Shown here piece after piece: positions 16,720 to 30,150 of a stretch of DNA of 64,000 bases. The position numbers and the translations under genes are program-made. This stretch comes from the human T2T-CHM13v2.0 reference genome, Homo sapiens, in the NCBI RefSeq assembly GCF_009914755.1, contig NC_060928.1; one strand, written 5' to 3'. Under the pieces are notes generated by a model. That model did not search any database. It saw nothing but the letters and a program-made list of their open reading frames with translations, and was not told the origin of the DNA. Each line of letters begins with the position of its first letter. Positions within the stretch are counted from its first letter, which is position 1.

Positions 16720-17091
16720 TGATATGGTTTGGCTGTGTCCCAACCCAAAATCTCATCTTGAATTGTAATTCCCATAATCCCCACGTTTCAAGCGAGAGAC
16801 CAGGTGGAGGTAACTGAATCGTGGGGGAGGTTTTCCCCATGCTGTTCTTGTGACAGTGAGTTCTCATGAGATCTGATGGTTTTATAAGTGTTTGGTAGTT
16901 CCTCCTACTCTCATTCTCCTTCCTGCTGCCTTGTGAAGAAGATGCCTTGCTTCTCCTTTGCCTTCTGCTATGATTGTAAGTTTCCTGAAGCCTCCCATCC
17001 ATGCTGAACTGTGAGTCAATTAAACCTCTTTCCTTTATAAAGTGCCCAGTCTCGGGTATTTCTTATGGCAACGTGAGAACAGACTAATATA
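16720..17091 (+). mobile_element. THE1D-like MaLR solo LTR
   Basis: tgatatggtttggctgtgtccc start, gagtcaattaaacctcttt, gactaatata end; TSD (A/G)TTAA. Confidence 0.9.
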
Positions 17092-20074
17092 GTTAACACG
17101 CTGATGATATCCAAGATAGATGTTACATTTTTCCTAGTTGTATTTACTTAATGTAGAATGATATAAATTATTACTAATGACACGAACATGAAGTTAAGGT
17201 CATTAATAGTGAAAATGTTTAGGTTTTAAACCATGTCAAATTATGTCAATTTACACATAGCAAATATCAATGCATTATGCTTAATATGAAAAAAACAAGG
17301 CAGCAGGGTGTGCAGCCTTTTAGTTCTATGGCTGACAGAGTCATCTGAGGAGCTTCTGATACATCTTCCTAGGATACCCTGCAGACTGGTTTATTTGAAA
17401 TCTCTCAGGATGTCTTTGGGCTCCTGAGTCTTATTTGTATTTTAAAAATTCCAGGGGGTTCTGATGAACAGTAATTTAAGCACTGGTTTATTTGTATATA
17501 ACACTTCATACATGTTACTTGTTTATCCACCACAGTGGTTACATGTGTATTTGCCTATCTTCTGTCCTACTCTGTAAACTGCTTAAAGGTACTGCATGTC
17601 TAACTGATTTTTATCTACCCTGTATAAATTCATAAAACCGTATCTGGTGCTTAGCTGCTGTTATTTTTTAGTAGAATCAAATTCAATTGTTAGAATTCTT
17701 TTTCTTAAAACATTACAGGAATACCTAAATTCATAGATATTAATTTCCACTTTATAAACTGATGATGCATTTAATTCTTTTATGATACACATGTTTTTAG
17801 CTGATATTTTGTTGCTGTGTAGAATCCTTGCTAGTTCTTATTTTTAATCTTGTTCACTTGAAAATAATTATTACTTAGACCAACAAGTCCTGAAATTATT
17901 AAATTCATGGACCCCTTTATCCTGATAAAAGCTTTGGGATTCTTTCACCAGAACAATGAAAACACACTCCACCAACTTTGCACAGGAATCTCCTGAAGCT
18001 CATCCAAGGTCCCCAAGTAAAGAGCTTACCACCTAAACAGGGAGCTGCATAAAGAGGTTATTTTTTTTTTCCTGCTTACCCATAAATAGTCAAAGCTTTG
18101 AATATCCACTTCATGCCAAATAGACATGGAACTAGAGTAACAGAGGCAGAGTCTGTATTAATCTTGGAAAGATCAGCAACATTGAGCATGTTTTCAATCC
18201 AAAAATATGTGACAATTTCTCAGTGAGTGGGAATAGTGAAACATAGAGGGAGCCAAGTGAGGGGAAGCCAGAAAATCCAAGATAGTTACAGTCGAGACAA
18301 AGTGTTATCTTCAGATGAAATAAGAAAGGCAAGCTAGCCAGGTATTGTAGAAATCAAGAGAAACTCTATATACTATGTCCTGGCAAGGAAGTCAATTAGA
18401 ACATACTATTATCATACATAATGCATATATAATGTTCTTGCCAATTGCTTAAAAATACACATGTAAGGAAAAGGAAACTTGAAGGGAGTCAAATCAAAAT
18501 ATTAACAGTACCTATATTTTAATGTTTTATTTTCTGTCCTTTTCTGTTTTCCTAATTTTATTTTACAATGAACACAACCTTTTACAAAGAAGATATATTT
18601 TGTGCTGCTGCTGTCTAAAAAAAATAATGAACATCCAGAAGACAGGAGTAGATGCATAGAAATCTACGCTTCTACTTTTCTACAAACGTAGAAAGACAGC
18701 ATGTAATTTGAGAGGCCATTGCAGGTAAAAGAAGGCAAGCAATTACTCTGCCCATAGACAGTAGAAATAATTGTGTTTAAGTCTCAATAAATAAAACCAA
18801 TGAAGCAGGCAATCAGACCCCAGCCTTCGAGTTTCTAAATGGTGATTTAGAAATGCTTATTTATTGCATGAAGGTTGTTGTCTCTTCTTAATTTACAAAA
18901 GACAAACAGCTATTGGAAAGCAGAAAGGTCATAACAGAAAAGCTATAGTGGAGGCAGAGCAGAGAAGACAATCACTGTAGTGTAACATATAGGTTTAATA
19001 ATAATAAGTTTCACTTTCGGGTACAGGACTGTGTAAAGCAGTTATACTGATTTATTTTCATTGCCTAGATAGTCTTTTATTTTTATCTGGTGCTTATGCT
19101 CAGGCAAATAATAAAATGGATTGAGAATCGGTGATATGAGAGAAAACTGTAGCTTTGAATGTGTCCTTTAAAAATATTAACTAAGGTGATATAAAGGACA
19201 GTATTTAAGCTTTTTGCTTTGCCTCCAACTGGACTTCCTATCTGGTTTATGGCAGTTCTGTATGGCAAGAGGTCAGGACCAAAGACTCACAGCAAAACAA
19301 GGGAAAAATAATGGTCCTGGCACTGAAGAAGCCTAATAATTAGAATTGCTGTAAGTTGGGGATCAAGAAGGAGCCACAGCAGTTAGAAACCAACAGTCTG
19401 GATTCAAGGAGGAAACAAACAGGCAAAAATCAAGTCAGGTTAATGGTTAAGAAAGCAGTTAGGGAAAATAGTACTTGCAGCCTCAGATACAAGACCTTAT
19501 ATTCAAGTGACTCACATCTGAGAGGACAAACACCATGATTTCTGCCTACCAAATATCAATACTATGAAGGCCACCTCAGGGCCCCTGAGTAAAATCGTGT
19601 GAACCTTAGAAACATGATATTAAGTGGTATGCAGTCTTGTTTTGAAAGACATGTGTAATCAGGGTAAAGTATATTCTGTATATAGTAATTATTTTTGGCA
19701 CACTTATGAAGGTTTGAAGAAAAATGTTCATCTATTTATCTGGTAATGTATAAAAATCTAAGCAAAGTCAAGATGCTCTTATTAGATCTTCAAATATTAT
19801 TGTATCACAAATAAGAAACATTATTTGACTTAGCCTTGGTTTAAGTTTGGTTATATGAAGTAAATTTATATTATAGTATCAAATTGTGTAATCACTTGCA
19901 AGCTTTCATTTCTTTCTGCAAAATATGTGGACATGATGACTATCACTTGAAAAATTGATGAAAAACAATTCTTCAAGGACAGTGACAAAGAAGAGTCAAC
20001 TCTAGGTCACAAGGTCTGGTTTGATGTAAATGTTTCCTTAAAGAAGCAAATAAAAAGCATTCTAAAAGAACATT

Positions 20075-20605
20075 AAAGTTATCTATTCCTTAATCTTAAT
20101 GGCATAAAATAACCATGTTTGATGCTCACAGATGCTGTGGTTAAAGATTTTAATAGGACGCGGCTTGGATGGCTTGTCTCTAATCCATATCTGGGGAATA
20201 AGTATTCTCTAAGCCTCTCCCTAAAAAGACTAGAAGGCTGGAGATGACTTAACAGTTGGGAGGTGCAAGATCTGAAGGCTTCCTCACTCATATGTTCACG
20301 ACTGAGTTCCACTATAGGATGAACTCTTACATAGTGTCTCTCCATGTGGCTGCTTCATCTTTCTCAAAGCATGGTGTTTGGGTTCCAGTAATGAGCATCT
20401 GAAGTGAGTCACTAGAAGTTGTATCACTTTTTATGACCTAACATCAAAAGTCATCTGGGGTCACTTCACTATAGGCAAAAGGAGAGGGTACATAGCCCCA
20501 AATCCCCATGAAAGGGATAACAATGTCAAAATGCAAAAAAAAAAAAAAAAAATCATGCGATATGGAATGTATTATTGTGTCAATTTTTGGAAAATACAGT
20601 CTGGT
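20075..20605 (-). mobile_element. MaLR LTR (MLT1H-like)
   Basis: gctcacagatgctgtgg, ctctccatgtggct, ttttatgaccta, tttggaaaatacagtctg motifs. Confidence 0.65.
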
Positions 20606-23600
20606 GCAAAGATGTAAAACACATTTGACCAGCAAATGATCTGATTTCATACAAATCAATATAAGCAGAAATAAATAAGCCAGAAAACACTATAAAATAT
20701 TAAAAAAGGTAATTTATGTGCCATTAAAATGCATTCTGGGAATACAGAAACTGCATGTATTTGTAAAGAAAGAAAAAAAATAAAGCAATCCCCATGCGTG
20801 ATCTTTAGCTTTATCCTAGAGATTGCATTCTTTAAAGTTCCTAGGTTTTCTCATCATGGGAGAAATGTCCACTTTTGTACCTGAGTTTTAGAAGTAGTCT
20901 GTTTTCTGAAGATTAGTAATAGAATGCTTTGTGAAAATCTAGTTGAAAGTATACAGGAAAAATGTCAGTATTACTATTATCTATCATTAAGGATTAATTT
21001 ATCTAAAAATCTAGGCTTATTCATACAGAGAGACTGAAGAAATTATGAACAAATTGGTTAATGCTCAGAGGGTACCAAAAAGGTGGAGAGAAAATCATAT
21101 ATGTTGAAAATTATCTAAAACATATATGTTGGTTTAGTTGATTTTTTAACCCTCTGAAGAGGGAAAAAAAGTGTGCCAAAAATGAATGTATTGATTTTCA
21201 TAAATTGCAAAGTAATCAGATTTTATACTAAATCTGTCAACATGAATATACATCAACTAGATCCAAAGAGAATAAATATCTTGTCCACAACACACATTTG
21301 TTGAATAACAAAGATGAGATAAGAATGCATCTCTTGATTTAATTCCAGTAAATTAGAAAACTTCTATCATTTTGGATGATTAAAAAACTGGAACCTAACT
21401 AAATTTTCCTAAATATTTTTGGACCACCTTTAGACTGTCAGATGTTTGGATTTTATTGTCTATAATTAGATAGTTTTCACTTATCAAAAATGGTGGTGGC
21501 TTCTTGTCAGGTAAAAATATCCCCATTCTGTTAAAATTAAACATGTGACCTTAGGTGCTTTTGTACTGTCTTGTACAAAAAATAAGGACATTTTATTAAT
21601 AAACAGAATTTATGGTATAAAACCAAATATAGGTAAAGTTATTATCAATATCTGCCTATAGAGAATTTCTCAAATCCTATACCTTAATTAATATGGAATT
21701 ATTCATGAAAATGTTTAAAACAACATTTTGTTGGAAAATAAACTATCTCATATATTCTCAAACCCAAGGTTTGGGGTTACAAGTTTCACTAAAATTTTAT
21801 CCCTGCATAAAACAACTTTAAACCAACAAAGATAAAAAAAGACAAAGCAGGGCATTACATAATGGTAAACGGATCAACACAACAAGAAGAGCTAACTAGC
21901 CTAAATATCTATGCACCCAATACAGGAGCACCCAGACTCATAAAACAAGTTATTAGATATGTACAAAGAGACTTAGACTCCCATACAATAATAGTGGGAG
22001 ACTTTAACACCCCACTGTCAATGTTAGACAGGTCAATGAGACAGAAAATTAACAAGGATATTCAGGACTTGAATTCAGCTCTGGACCAAGAGGACCTAAT
22101 AGATAGCTACAGAACTGTCCACCCCAAATCAACAGAATATACATTCTTCTCAGCACCACATAGCACTTGCTCTAAAATTGACCACATAATTGGAAGTAAA
22201 ACACTCCTCAACAAATGAAAAAGAATGAAAATCATAACAAACAGTCCCTCAGACCACAGTGCAATCAAATTAGAAATCAGGATTAAGAAACTCACTCAAA
22301 AACGCACAACTACAAGGAAACTGAACAACCTGCTTCTGAATGACTACCAGGTAAATAATGAAATTAAGGTGGAAATAATGAAGTTCTTTGAAACCAATGA
22401 GAACAAAGACACAACATACCAGAATCTCTGGGACACAGCTAAAGCAGTGTTTAGAGGGAAATTTGTAGCACTAAATACCCACATCAGAGAGCAAGAAAGA
22501 TCTAAAATCGAAACCCTAACATCACAATGAAAAGAACTAGAGAAGCAAGAAAAAACAAATTCAAAAGCTAGCAGAAGACAAGAAATAACTAAGATCAGAG
22601 CAGAACTGAAGGAGGTAGAGACACGAAAAACCCTTCAAAAAAATCAATGAATCTAGGAGGTTTTTTTTGGAAAAGATGAACAAAATAGACCACTAGCCAG
22701 AAGAATACAGAGGAAAAGAGAGGAAAATCAAAAGACACAATAAAAAATGATAAATGGGAGATCACCACTGATCCCACAGAAATACAAATCACCATCAGAT
22801 AATACTATAAATACCTCTATGTGAATAAACTAGAAAATCTAGAAGAAATGGTTAAATTCCTGGACACACACACTCTCCCAAGACTAAAACAGGAAGAAGT
22901 TGAATCCCTGAATATACAAATAACAAGTTCTGAAATTGAGTCAGTAATTAATAGCCTACCAACCAATAAAAGTCCAGCATGAGATGGATTCACAGCCAAA
23001 ATCCACCAGAGGTAAAAAGAAGAGTTGGTACAATTCCTTCTGAACTATTCCAAACAATATAAAAAGAGGTACTCCACCTTAACTCATTTTATGAGGCCAG
23101 CATCATCCTGATTCTACAACCTGGCAGAGACTCAACAAGAAAAAATTTCAGGCCAATATCTCTGATGAACAATGATAAGAAAATCTTCAATAAAATTTTG
23201 ACAAACCAAATCCAGCAGCACATCAAAAACTTATCCACCACAATCAAGTTGGCTTCATCCCTGTGATGCAAGGCTGGTTCAACATACACAAATCAATATA
23301 CATAATCCATAGCATAAACAGAACCAATGACAAAAACCACATGATTATCTCAATAGATGCAAAAAAGGCCTTTGATAAAAATCAACACCCCTTCATGTTA
23401 AAAACGCTCAATTGTTGCGGGAAGTCAGGGAACCCAAATGGAGGGACCAGCTGGAGCCGCGGCAGAGGAACATAAATTGTGATGATTTCATGGACATTTA
23501 TCAGTTCCCAAATAATACTTCTATAATTTCTTATGCCTGTCTTTACTTTAATCTCTTAATCTTGTTATCTTCGTAAACTGAGGATGTATGTCACCTCAGG

Positions 23601-23984
23601 ACCACTGTGATAATTGTGTTAACTGTACAAATTGATTGTAAAACATGTGTATTTGAACAATATGAAATCAGTGCACCTTGAAAAAGAAAAGAATAACAGC
23701 GATTTTTATGGAACAAGGGAAGACAACCATAAGGTCTGACTGCCTGTGGGATTGGGCAAAAAGAGTCATATTTTTCTTCTTGCAGAGAGCCTATAAAAGG
23801 ACTTGCAAGTAGGAGAGATATTGCTAAATTCTTTTCCTAGCAAGGAATATTAATATTAATATTAATACCCTGGTGAAGGAATGCATTCCTGGAGGGAGGT
23901 CTATAAACGGCTGCTCTGGGAATATCTGTTTTATGCAGTTGAGATAAGGACTGAGATACACTCTGGTCTCCTGCAGTACCCTCA

Positions 23985-25069
23985 TATCGGGGAAACTGCC
24001 CTGATAGTCACGTAGGTTCTTTTCTATTTTCCCTAAGCATCAGCCGGTTTGAGAAATAAAGGGACAGAGTACAAAAGAGAGAAATTTTAAAGCTGGGCAT
24101 CTGGGGGAGATATTCCATGTCAGTAGGTTCCGTGATGCCCCACAAGCCGCAAAACCGGCAAGTTTTTATTAGGGATTTTCAAAGGGGAGGGAGTGTACGA
24201 ATAGGGTGTGGGTCACAAAGATCATGTACTTCACACGGTAATAGAATATCACAAGGCAAATGGAGGCAGGGCGACATCACAGGACCACAGGACCGGGGCG
24301 AAATTAAAATTGCTAATGAAGTTTCAGGCAAGTTTCATATCAATTGTCATTGATAACATCTTATCAGCAGACAGGGCTTTGAGAGCAACCGGTCCAACCA
24401 AAATTTATTAGGCGGGAATTTCCTCTTCCTAATAACCCTGGGAGAGCTATGAGAGACTGGGGTTTATTTCCTCCCTACAGTCTCGACCATAGAAGATGGC
24501 CACACCCAAGGCGGCCATTTATAGACCCACCCTCAGGGGTGCATTCTCTTTCTCAGGGATGTTCCTTGCTGAGAAAAAGAATTCAGCAATATTTCTCCCA
24601 CTTGCTTTTGAAGGAAGAGAAATATGGCTCTGTTCCGCCCGGCTCACTGGCAGTCAGAGTTTAAGGTTATCTCTTTAATTCCCTGAACAATTGCTGTTAT
24701 CATGTTCTTTTTTCAAGGTGCCCAGATTTCATATTGTTCAAACACACAGGCTGTACAATTTGTGCAGTTAACACAATTATCACAGGGTCCTGAGGCAACA
24801 TACATCCTCGTCAGCTTACAAGGTGACAGGATTAAGAGATTAAAGTAAGACAGGCATAGGAAATCACAAAGGTATTGATTGGGGAAGTGATAAGTGTCCA
24901 TGAAATCTTCACAATTTATGTTTAGAGATTGCAGTAAAGACAAGCATAAGAAATCATAAAAGTATTAATTTGGGGAACTAATAAGTGTCCATGAAATCTT
25001 CACAATCCATGTTCTTCTGCCATGGCTTCAGCCGGTCCCTCCATTTGGGGTCCCTGACTTCCCGCAACA
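23985..25069 (-). mobile_element. MER11C-like solo LTR nested antisense in MER11A
   Basis: Minus strand starts TGTTGCGGGAAGTCAGGGACCCCAAATGGAGGGACCGGCTGAAGCCATGGCAGAAGAAC and ends CCCCGATA; 6-bp TSD CCCTCA at 23979-23984 / 25070-25075. Confidence 0.92.
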
Positions 25070-25200
25070 CCCTCAGCCTTACTAGGGTGGAGAAAAACTC
25101 TGCCCTGGTAAATTTGTGGTCAGACTGGTTCTCTGCTCTTGAACCCTGTTTTCTGTTGTTTAAGATGTTTATCAAGACAATACGTGCACCACTGAACATC

Positions 25201-25367
25201 GACCCTTATCAGTGGTTCTGCTTTTGCCCTTTGCCTTGTGATCTTTGTTGGACCCTTATCAGTAGTTCTGCTTTTGCCCTTTATCCTGTTCCCTCAGAAG
25301 CATGTGATCTTTGTTAGACCCTTATTAGTAGTTCTGCTTTTTGCCCTTTGAAGCATGTGATCTTTGT
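25201..25367 (+). repeat. Three ~50-66-bp tandem units within MER11A
   Basis: gacccttat(c/t)agt(g/a)gttctgcttttgcccttt...tgtgatctttgt starting at 25201, 25251 and 25317. Confidence 0.9.
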
Positions 25368-28300
25368 ACCTACTCCCTGTTCTTACACCCCCTCCCCTTT
25401 TGAAACCCTTAATAAAAACTGGCCGGTCTGAGACTCAGGCGGGCATCATGGTCCTACTGATAAGTAATGTCACCCCCAGCGGCCCAGCTGTAAAATTCCT
25501 CTCTTTGTACTGTCTCTCATTATTTCTCAGCTGGCTGACACTTATGGAAAATAGAAAGAACCTATGTTGAAATATTGGGGCAGGTTCCCCCCAGTACTCA
25601 ATAAACTGGGTATTAATGGAACCTATCTCAAAATAATAAGAGATATTTATGACAAACCCATAGCCAGTATCATGGTGAATGGGCAAAAGCTGGAAGCATT
25701 CCCTTTGAAAACCAGCACAAGACAAGGATGCCCTCTCTCACCACTCCTATTCAATATAGTATAGGAAGTTCTGGCTGGAGCAATCAAGCAAAAGATAGAG
25801 ATAAAAGGTATTCAAATAGAATGAGAGGAAGTCAAATTGCCTTTTTTTTTTTTTGCAGACGACACAATTGCATGTTTAGAAAACCCTATCGTCTCAGGCA
25901 AAAAACTCTTTAAGCTGAGAAGCAACTTCAGCAAAATCTCAGGATACAAAATCAATGTGCAAAAATCACAAGCATTCCTATACACCAATAATAGACAGGT
26001 AGAGAGCCATATCATGAGTGAACGCCCATTCACAATTGCTACAAAGAGAATAAAATACCTAGGAATACAACTTACAAGGGATGTGAAGGACTGCTTCAAG
26101 GAGAACTACAAACCACTGCTCAAGGAAATAAGAGAGGACACAAACAAATGGAAAAACATTCCATGCTCATGGATAGGAAGAATCAATATTGTGAAAATGA
26201 CCATAATGCCCAAAGTAATTTATAGATTCAATGTTATTCCCATCAAGCTAACGCTGACTTTCTTCACAGAACTAGAAAAAACTACTTTAAATTTCATATC
26301 GAACCAAACAAGAGCCTATATAACCAAGACAATCCTAAGCAAAAAGAATAAAGCTGGAGACCTCATGCTACCTGACTTCAAACTATACTACAAGGCTACA
26401 GTAACCAAAACAGCATGGTACTGGTACCAAAACAGATATATAGACCAATGGAACAGAACAAAGGCCTCTGAAATAACACCACACATCTACAACCATTTGA
26501 TCTTTGATAAACCTGACAAACACAAGCAATGGGGAAAGGATTCCCTATTTAATAAATGGTGCTGGGAGAACTGGCTAGCTATATGCAGAAAACTGAAACT
26601 GGACCCCTTCCTTACACGGTATACAAAAATTAAGTCAGGAGGGATTAAAGACTTAAAAGTGAAACCTGAAACCATAAAAACCCTAGAAGAAAACCCAGGC
26701 AATACCATTCAGGACATAGGCATGGGCAAAGACTTCATGACTAAAACACCAAAAGCAATTGCAACAATGGCCAAAATTGACAAATGGGACCTAATTAAAC
26801 TAAAGAGTTTCTGCCCAGCAAAAGAAACTATTATCAGAGAGAACAGGTAGCCTACAAAATGGGAGAAAAATTTTGGAATCTATCAATCTGACAAAGGGCT
26901 AATACCCAGAATCTACAAGGAACTTATACAAATTTACAAGAATAAAACAAACCCCCCCATCAAAAAGGGAGCAAAAGATATGAACAGACACCTCTCAAAA
27001 GAAGACATTTATGCAGCCAACAAACATATGAACAAAAGCTCATTATCACTGGTCAGTAGAGAAATGCAAATCAAAACCACAGTGAGATGCCATCTCACAC
27101 CAGTTAGAATGGTGATCATTAAGTGTCTGGAAACAACAGATGCTGATGAGGATGCGGAAAAATAGGAACGTTTTTACACTGTTGGTGGGACTGTAAATTA
27201 GTTCAACTATTCTACAAGACAGAGAACCAAAAATACCATTTGACCCAGCAATCCCATTACTGGGTATATACCCAAAGGATTATAAATCATTCTATTATAA
27301 AGACACATGCACATGTATGTTTATTGCAGCACTATTTACAATAGCAAAGACTTGGAACCAAATGCCCATCATTGACAGACTGGATAAAGAAAATGTGGCA
27401 CTTGTACACAATTGAATACTATACAGCCATTAAAAAGAATGAGTTCATGCCTTTTGCAGGGACATGGATGAAGCTGGAAACCATCATCCTCAGCAAACTA
27501 ACACAGGAACAGAAAACCAAACACCACATGTTCTTACTGATAAGTGGGAGTTGAACAAAGAGAACTCATGGACACAGGGAGAGGAACATCACACACCAGG
27601 GTCTGTCGGGGGGTGGGGGACAAGGGGATGTAGAGCATTAGGAAAAATACCTAATGCATGAAGGGCTTAAAACCTAAATGACGGGTTGATAGGTGCAGCA
27701 AACCACCATGGCAAATGTATACCTATGGAATGAACCTGCACATTCACCACATGTATCTCAGAACTTAGAGTAAAATAAAATAAAATAAAAATAAAATAAA
27801 ATAAAATAAAATAATTTCATCCCTGACTCATTTATTGTATTGTATGTGGTGAGTGTTGGATTAAGTTTTGCTTTGGTTTGTTTTGTTCTGTTTTAGTATT
27901 GATCACCAGCCTTGAGTATTTGTGATTCAATTTTTTCTCAATAAAATTATAAATTTTATATAATTTAATTATAAAATTATTTTATAATGTTGTAAATTGT
28001 AAATATCAACAATAAGGAAACCATACTATTATTTTTGTTGCAATTAATCTAAAACAATAATGTTAAAACCACAGATAACAAGTGATTACTATAATCCATT
28101 CAACAGAGATAAATTGCTCTCTCTCCCCAATACTTCTTTCATGTCCCCTGAATAGTATCATCCTCTTTTCAAGAATATCCTTCTCCAGCTCTATACACAA
28201 TTCCCATCTATGATACAGTATTAGTTTCCTTTTTTTTGTTTTTTTACATTACCTCCCCCTCTGGTCAAAATAATTGTTGGAAGGAGTGTGCCAGTGAAAC

Positions 28301-29269
28301 AGTCCTGAGTCCTTCCTTGAGCATTTAAAAAATTAGAACTAAGAAGGCCCCTATTGTATCCTGATAAGGTTGACAACGTGAACTGGGAGTTACTAGTAGG
28401 CATAATTTCCACAATGGTAAATGAAATCAATAAGCAAAAGAGAGAAATCCTGTTGGTATTTAACCCCATATGCCAGAGGTCGTAGAAACTAGTTCCAAAT
28501 CTTTTTTGTTTCATTTTTATTAAATAATTTGCCTTTTATCTCTTGTTTATTATAGGTATTTCTATCTCTCAAGGCAGAAATTCAAATAATTCTTACTGTT
28601 GTTAGCAGATAGGAGTTATCTATTTGTACTGTTTTTTATTTAAATATATTTAAATTATCATTTCATTATTTTTAATTGTTTAATTATTATCACAGAGCCA
28701 AATTTATTTAGACACAGTTAATTTTAAAGATCACATCTCAAAATGATTGATTAATGCCTTTGTGATAATGTTGTTATTTATAAATCTAAAAACGATCAAT
28801 CCTTGGTAATTTTTAAAACAATATAAAAATCACAAAAATAAAATTTTAACTTGACATATAATAAACATACCAAACAAACACAGTTAGAAATGTGAGCAAT
28901 ATGCAACATTTTTAGGATCTAAAGATTAAATAGGTAGAATCCCTAAGCTGAAGTTTCCCAATGCATTCCTAGAGGAAGAGAGATTGTCAGAGAATGCATA
29001 ATAGTTAAACTGTGAGTTTTTAAAAAAGATCTAATTTTTGTAGAAATTACAATAAGCATAAAGTTGTCCATATGTTATCATTCTCATGCACCAAGATTTA
29101 TGTTAATGGGCAGAAAGAGGAGCTGAGCTAGAGCTAGGACAACCAGAAAATATTCATAAGCAATGTAAGCATCTCCAGAATCAGAGAAGAAATCTGAATC
29201 TAAGAGACTGTTATTCAAGGGGGGAAATGTGGGCTCCTTTGCTTCCACCATCTGTTTAAATGTCATTAG

Positions 29270-29570
29270 TCTTTCTCCCATTGCCTGCTCTGCAAAATCT
29301 CATGGTATTTAACATACCGATGATTCACAAACGTATAGCTTGCAAGACAAATCATTTTTCAGCTTAAGGTTTGTATATCCGACTGTTAAAATATTTTCAA
29401 TCAGATGTCCTGCACACACCCAAACCCAACCTTATTCAAAACTATACATACTATATTCCACAGTAAATCTGTGTCTCCCATGCTGCCCATTTTGGTTGAA
29501 AGTACTTCTATCTAAGGTCATCCAAACCAGAAACGTGTGAGTGGTCTCCTTAGCGCTTACATCTAGCAAC
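29270..29570 (+). mobile_element. L2 remnant
   Basis: gatgattcacaaacgtatagc...gtatatccgactg...ccaaaccagaaac resembles the L2 ORF2 3' region. Confidence 0.55.
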
Positions 29571-29599
29571 ATACCATTCATTAATTAATACTTTTAATG

Positions 29600-30150
29600 T
29601 GACTTGCCCTCATGTAACAGTTACACAGATTCTGATTGCTAAAGAAGACTCATAGAATCCACAATGAAATGCTGACAAATACCCAGTTTATAGCAGGAAA
29701 AGGCACAACAGAGCCACAGCATTAAAGTAAAGGTGTGAGTCACAGCCAGAGACAGCTTCAGAGCAAAGTATCTGGAAAGGCCAGGAGTGAACTACATTTG
29801 CCCCCCTCTGTAAGGGCCATCCTGTGACACACTTTGTTTAATGAGCCAGTAACCACCAAGTGTGAGTGAAACATTTTAGAATAAGAGGGTCCAAACTTCA
29901 ATCTCAATCAGAGGTTTTATAACCTGTTGCTCATGTAACCATATTCCTGATACATAATCCATGGATCTTAACAAAACAAGGAGCAAATCACAAATTTCTT
30001 TGTTTTCAGATATTTAGAAGCTGACACTTCAAGGACATATGGCTACTGAGCCATAGAAAATCAATTTTTATTTCAGCAAAACAGCCCGGGCTTCCTGGAA
30101 TTAACCCTCACAGTACATGGCCCCATCTTTTATCAGACAAAGCTTAAATT
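29600..30150. mobile_element. Probable ancient ERVL-type LTR remnant
   Basis: Loose resemblance to MER21/MER68/MER77-group LTRs (agactcatagaatc, cagaggtttt); not aligned. Confidence 0.3.

Larger units (their letters stand above)
23413..25596 (+). mobile_element. MER11A solo LTR (HERV-K11/HML-8), split by an inner LTR; parts 23413-23984 and 25076-25596
   Basis: Start tgttgcgggaagtcaggg...gagccgcggcagaggaacataaattg; AATAAA 25411-25416; 6-bp TSD CTCAAT at 23407-23412 / 25597-25602. Confidence 0.92.
21806..27810 (+). mobile_element. 5'-truncated L1PA7/8 (starts in ORF2 EN domain), interrupted by MER11 LTRs at 23413-25596
   Basis: ORF2 fragments 21862-23412 and 25603-27554 (FADD at ~25850); 3'UTR gggcttaaaacctaaatgacgggttgataggtgcagc; (TAAAA)n tail; TSD A(A/T)AATTT(T/C)ATCCCTG at 21791-21805 / 27811-27825. 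Confidence 0.93.

Noticed and set aside
14027-21572. Short 7-9-bp stems (near 14027-14056, 18676-18694, 21549-21570)
   Set aside because: Expected by chance in AT-rich DNA.
23263-23475. Chimeric L1 RT-MER11 ORF
   Set aside because: Incidental read-through across the insertion junction; short and without a promoter context.
25201-25367. CRISPR-like repeat array
   Set aside because: Tandem units inside a primate LTR with no unique spacers and no cas genes.
25837-26850. 337-aa ORF as a domesticated RT gene
   Set aside because: Residual open stretch of L1 ORF2 starting at TTG mid-RT; upstream RT motifs are cut off by a stop and the LTR insertion.
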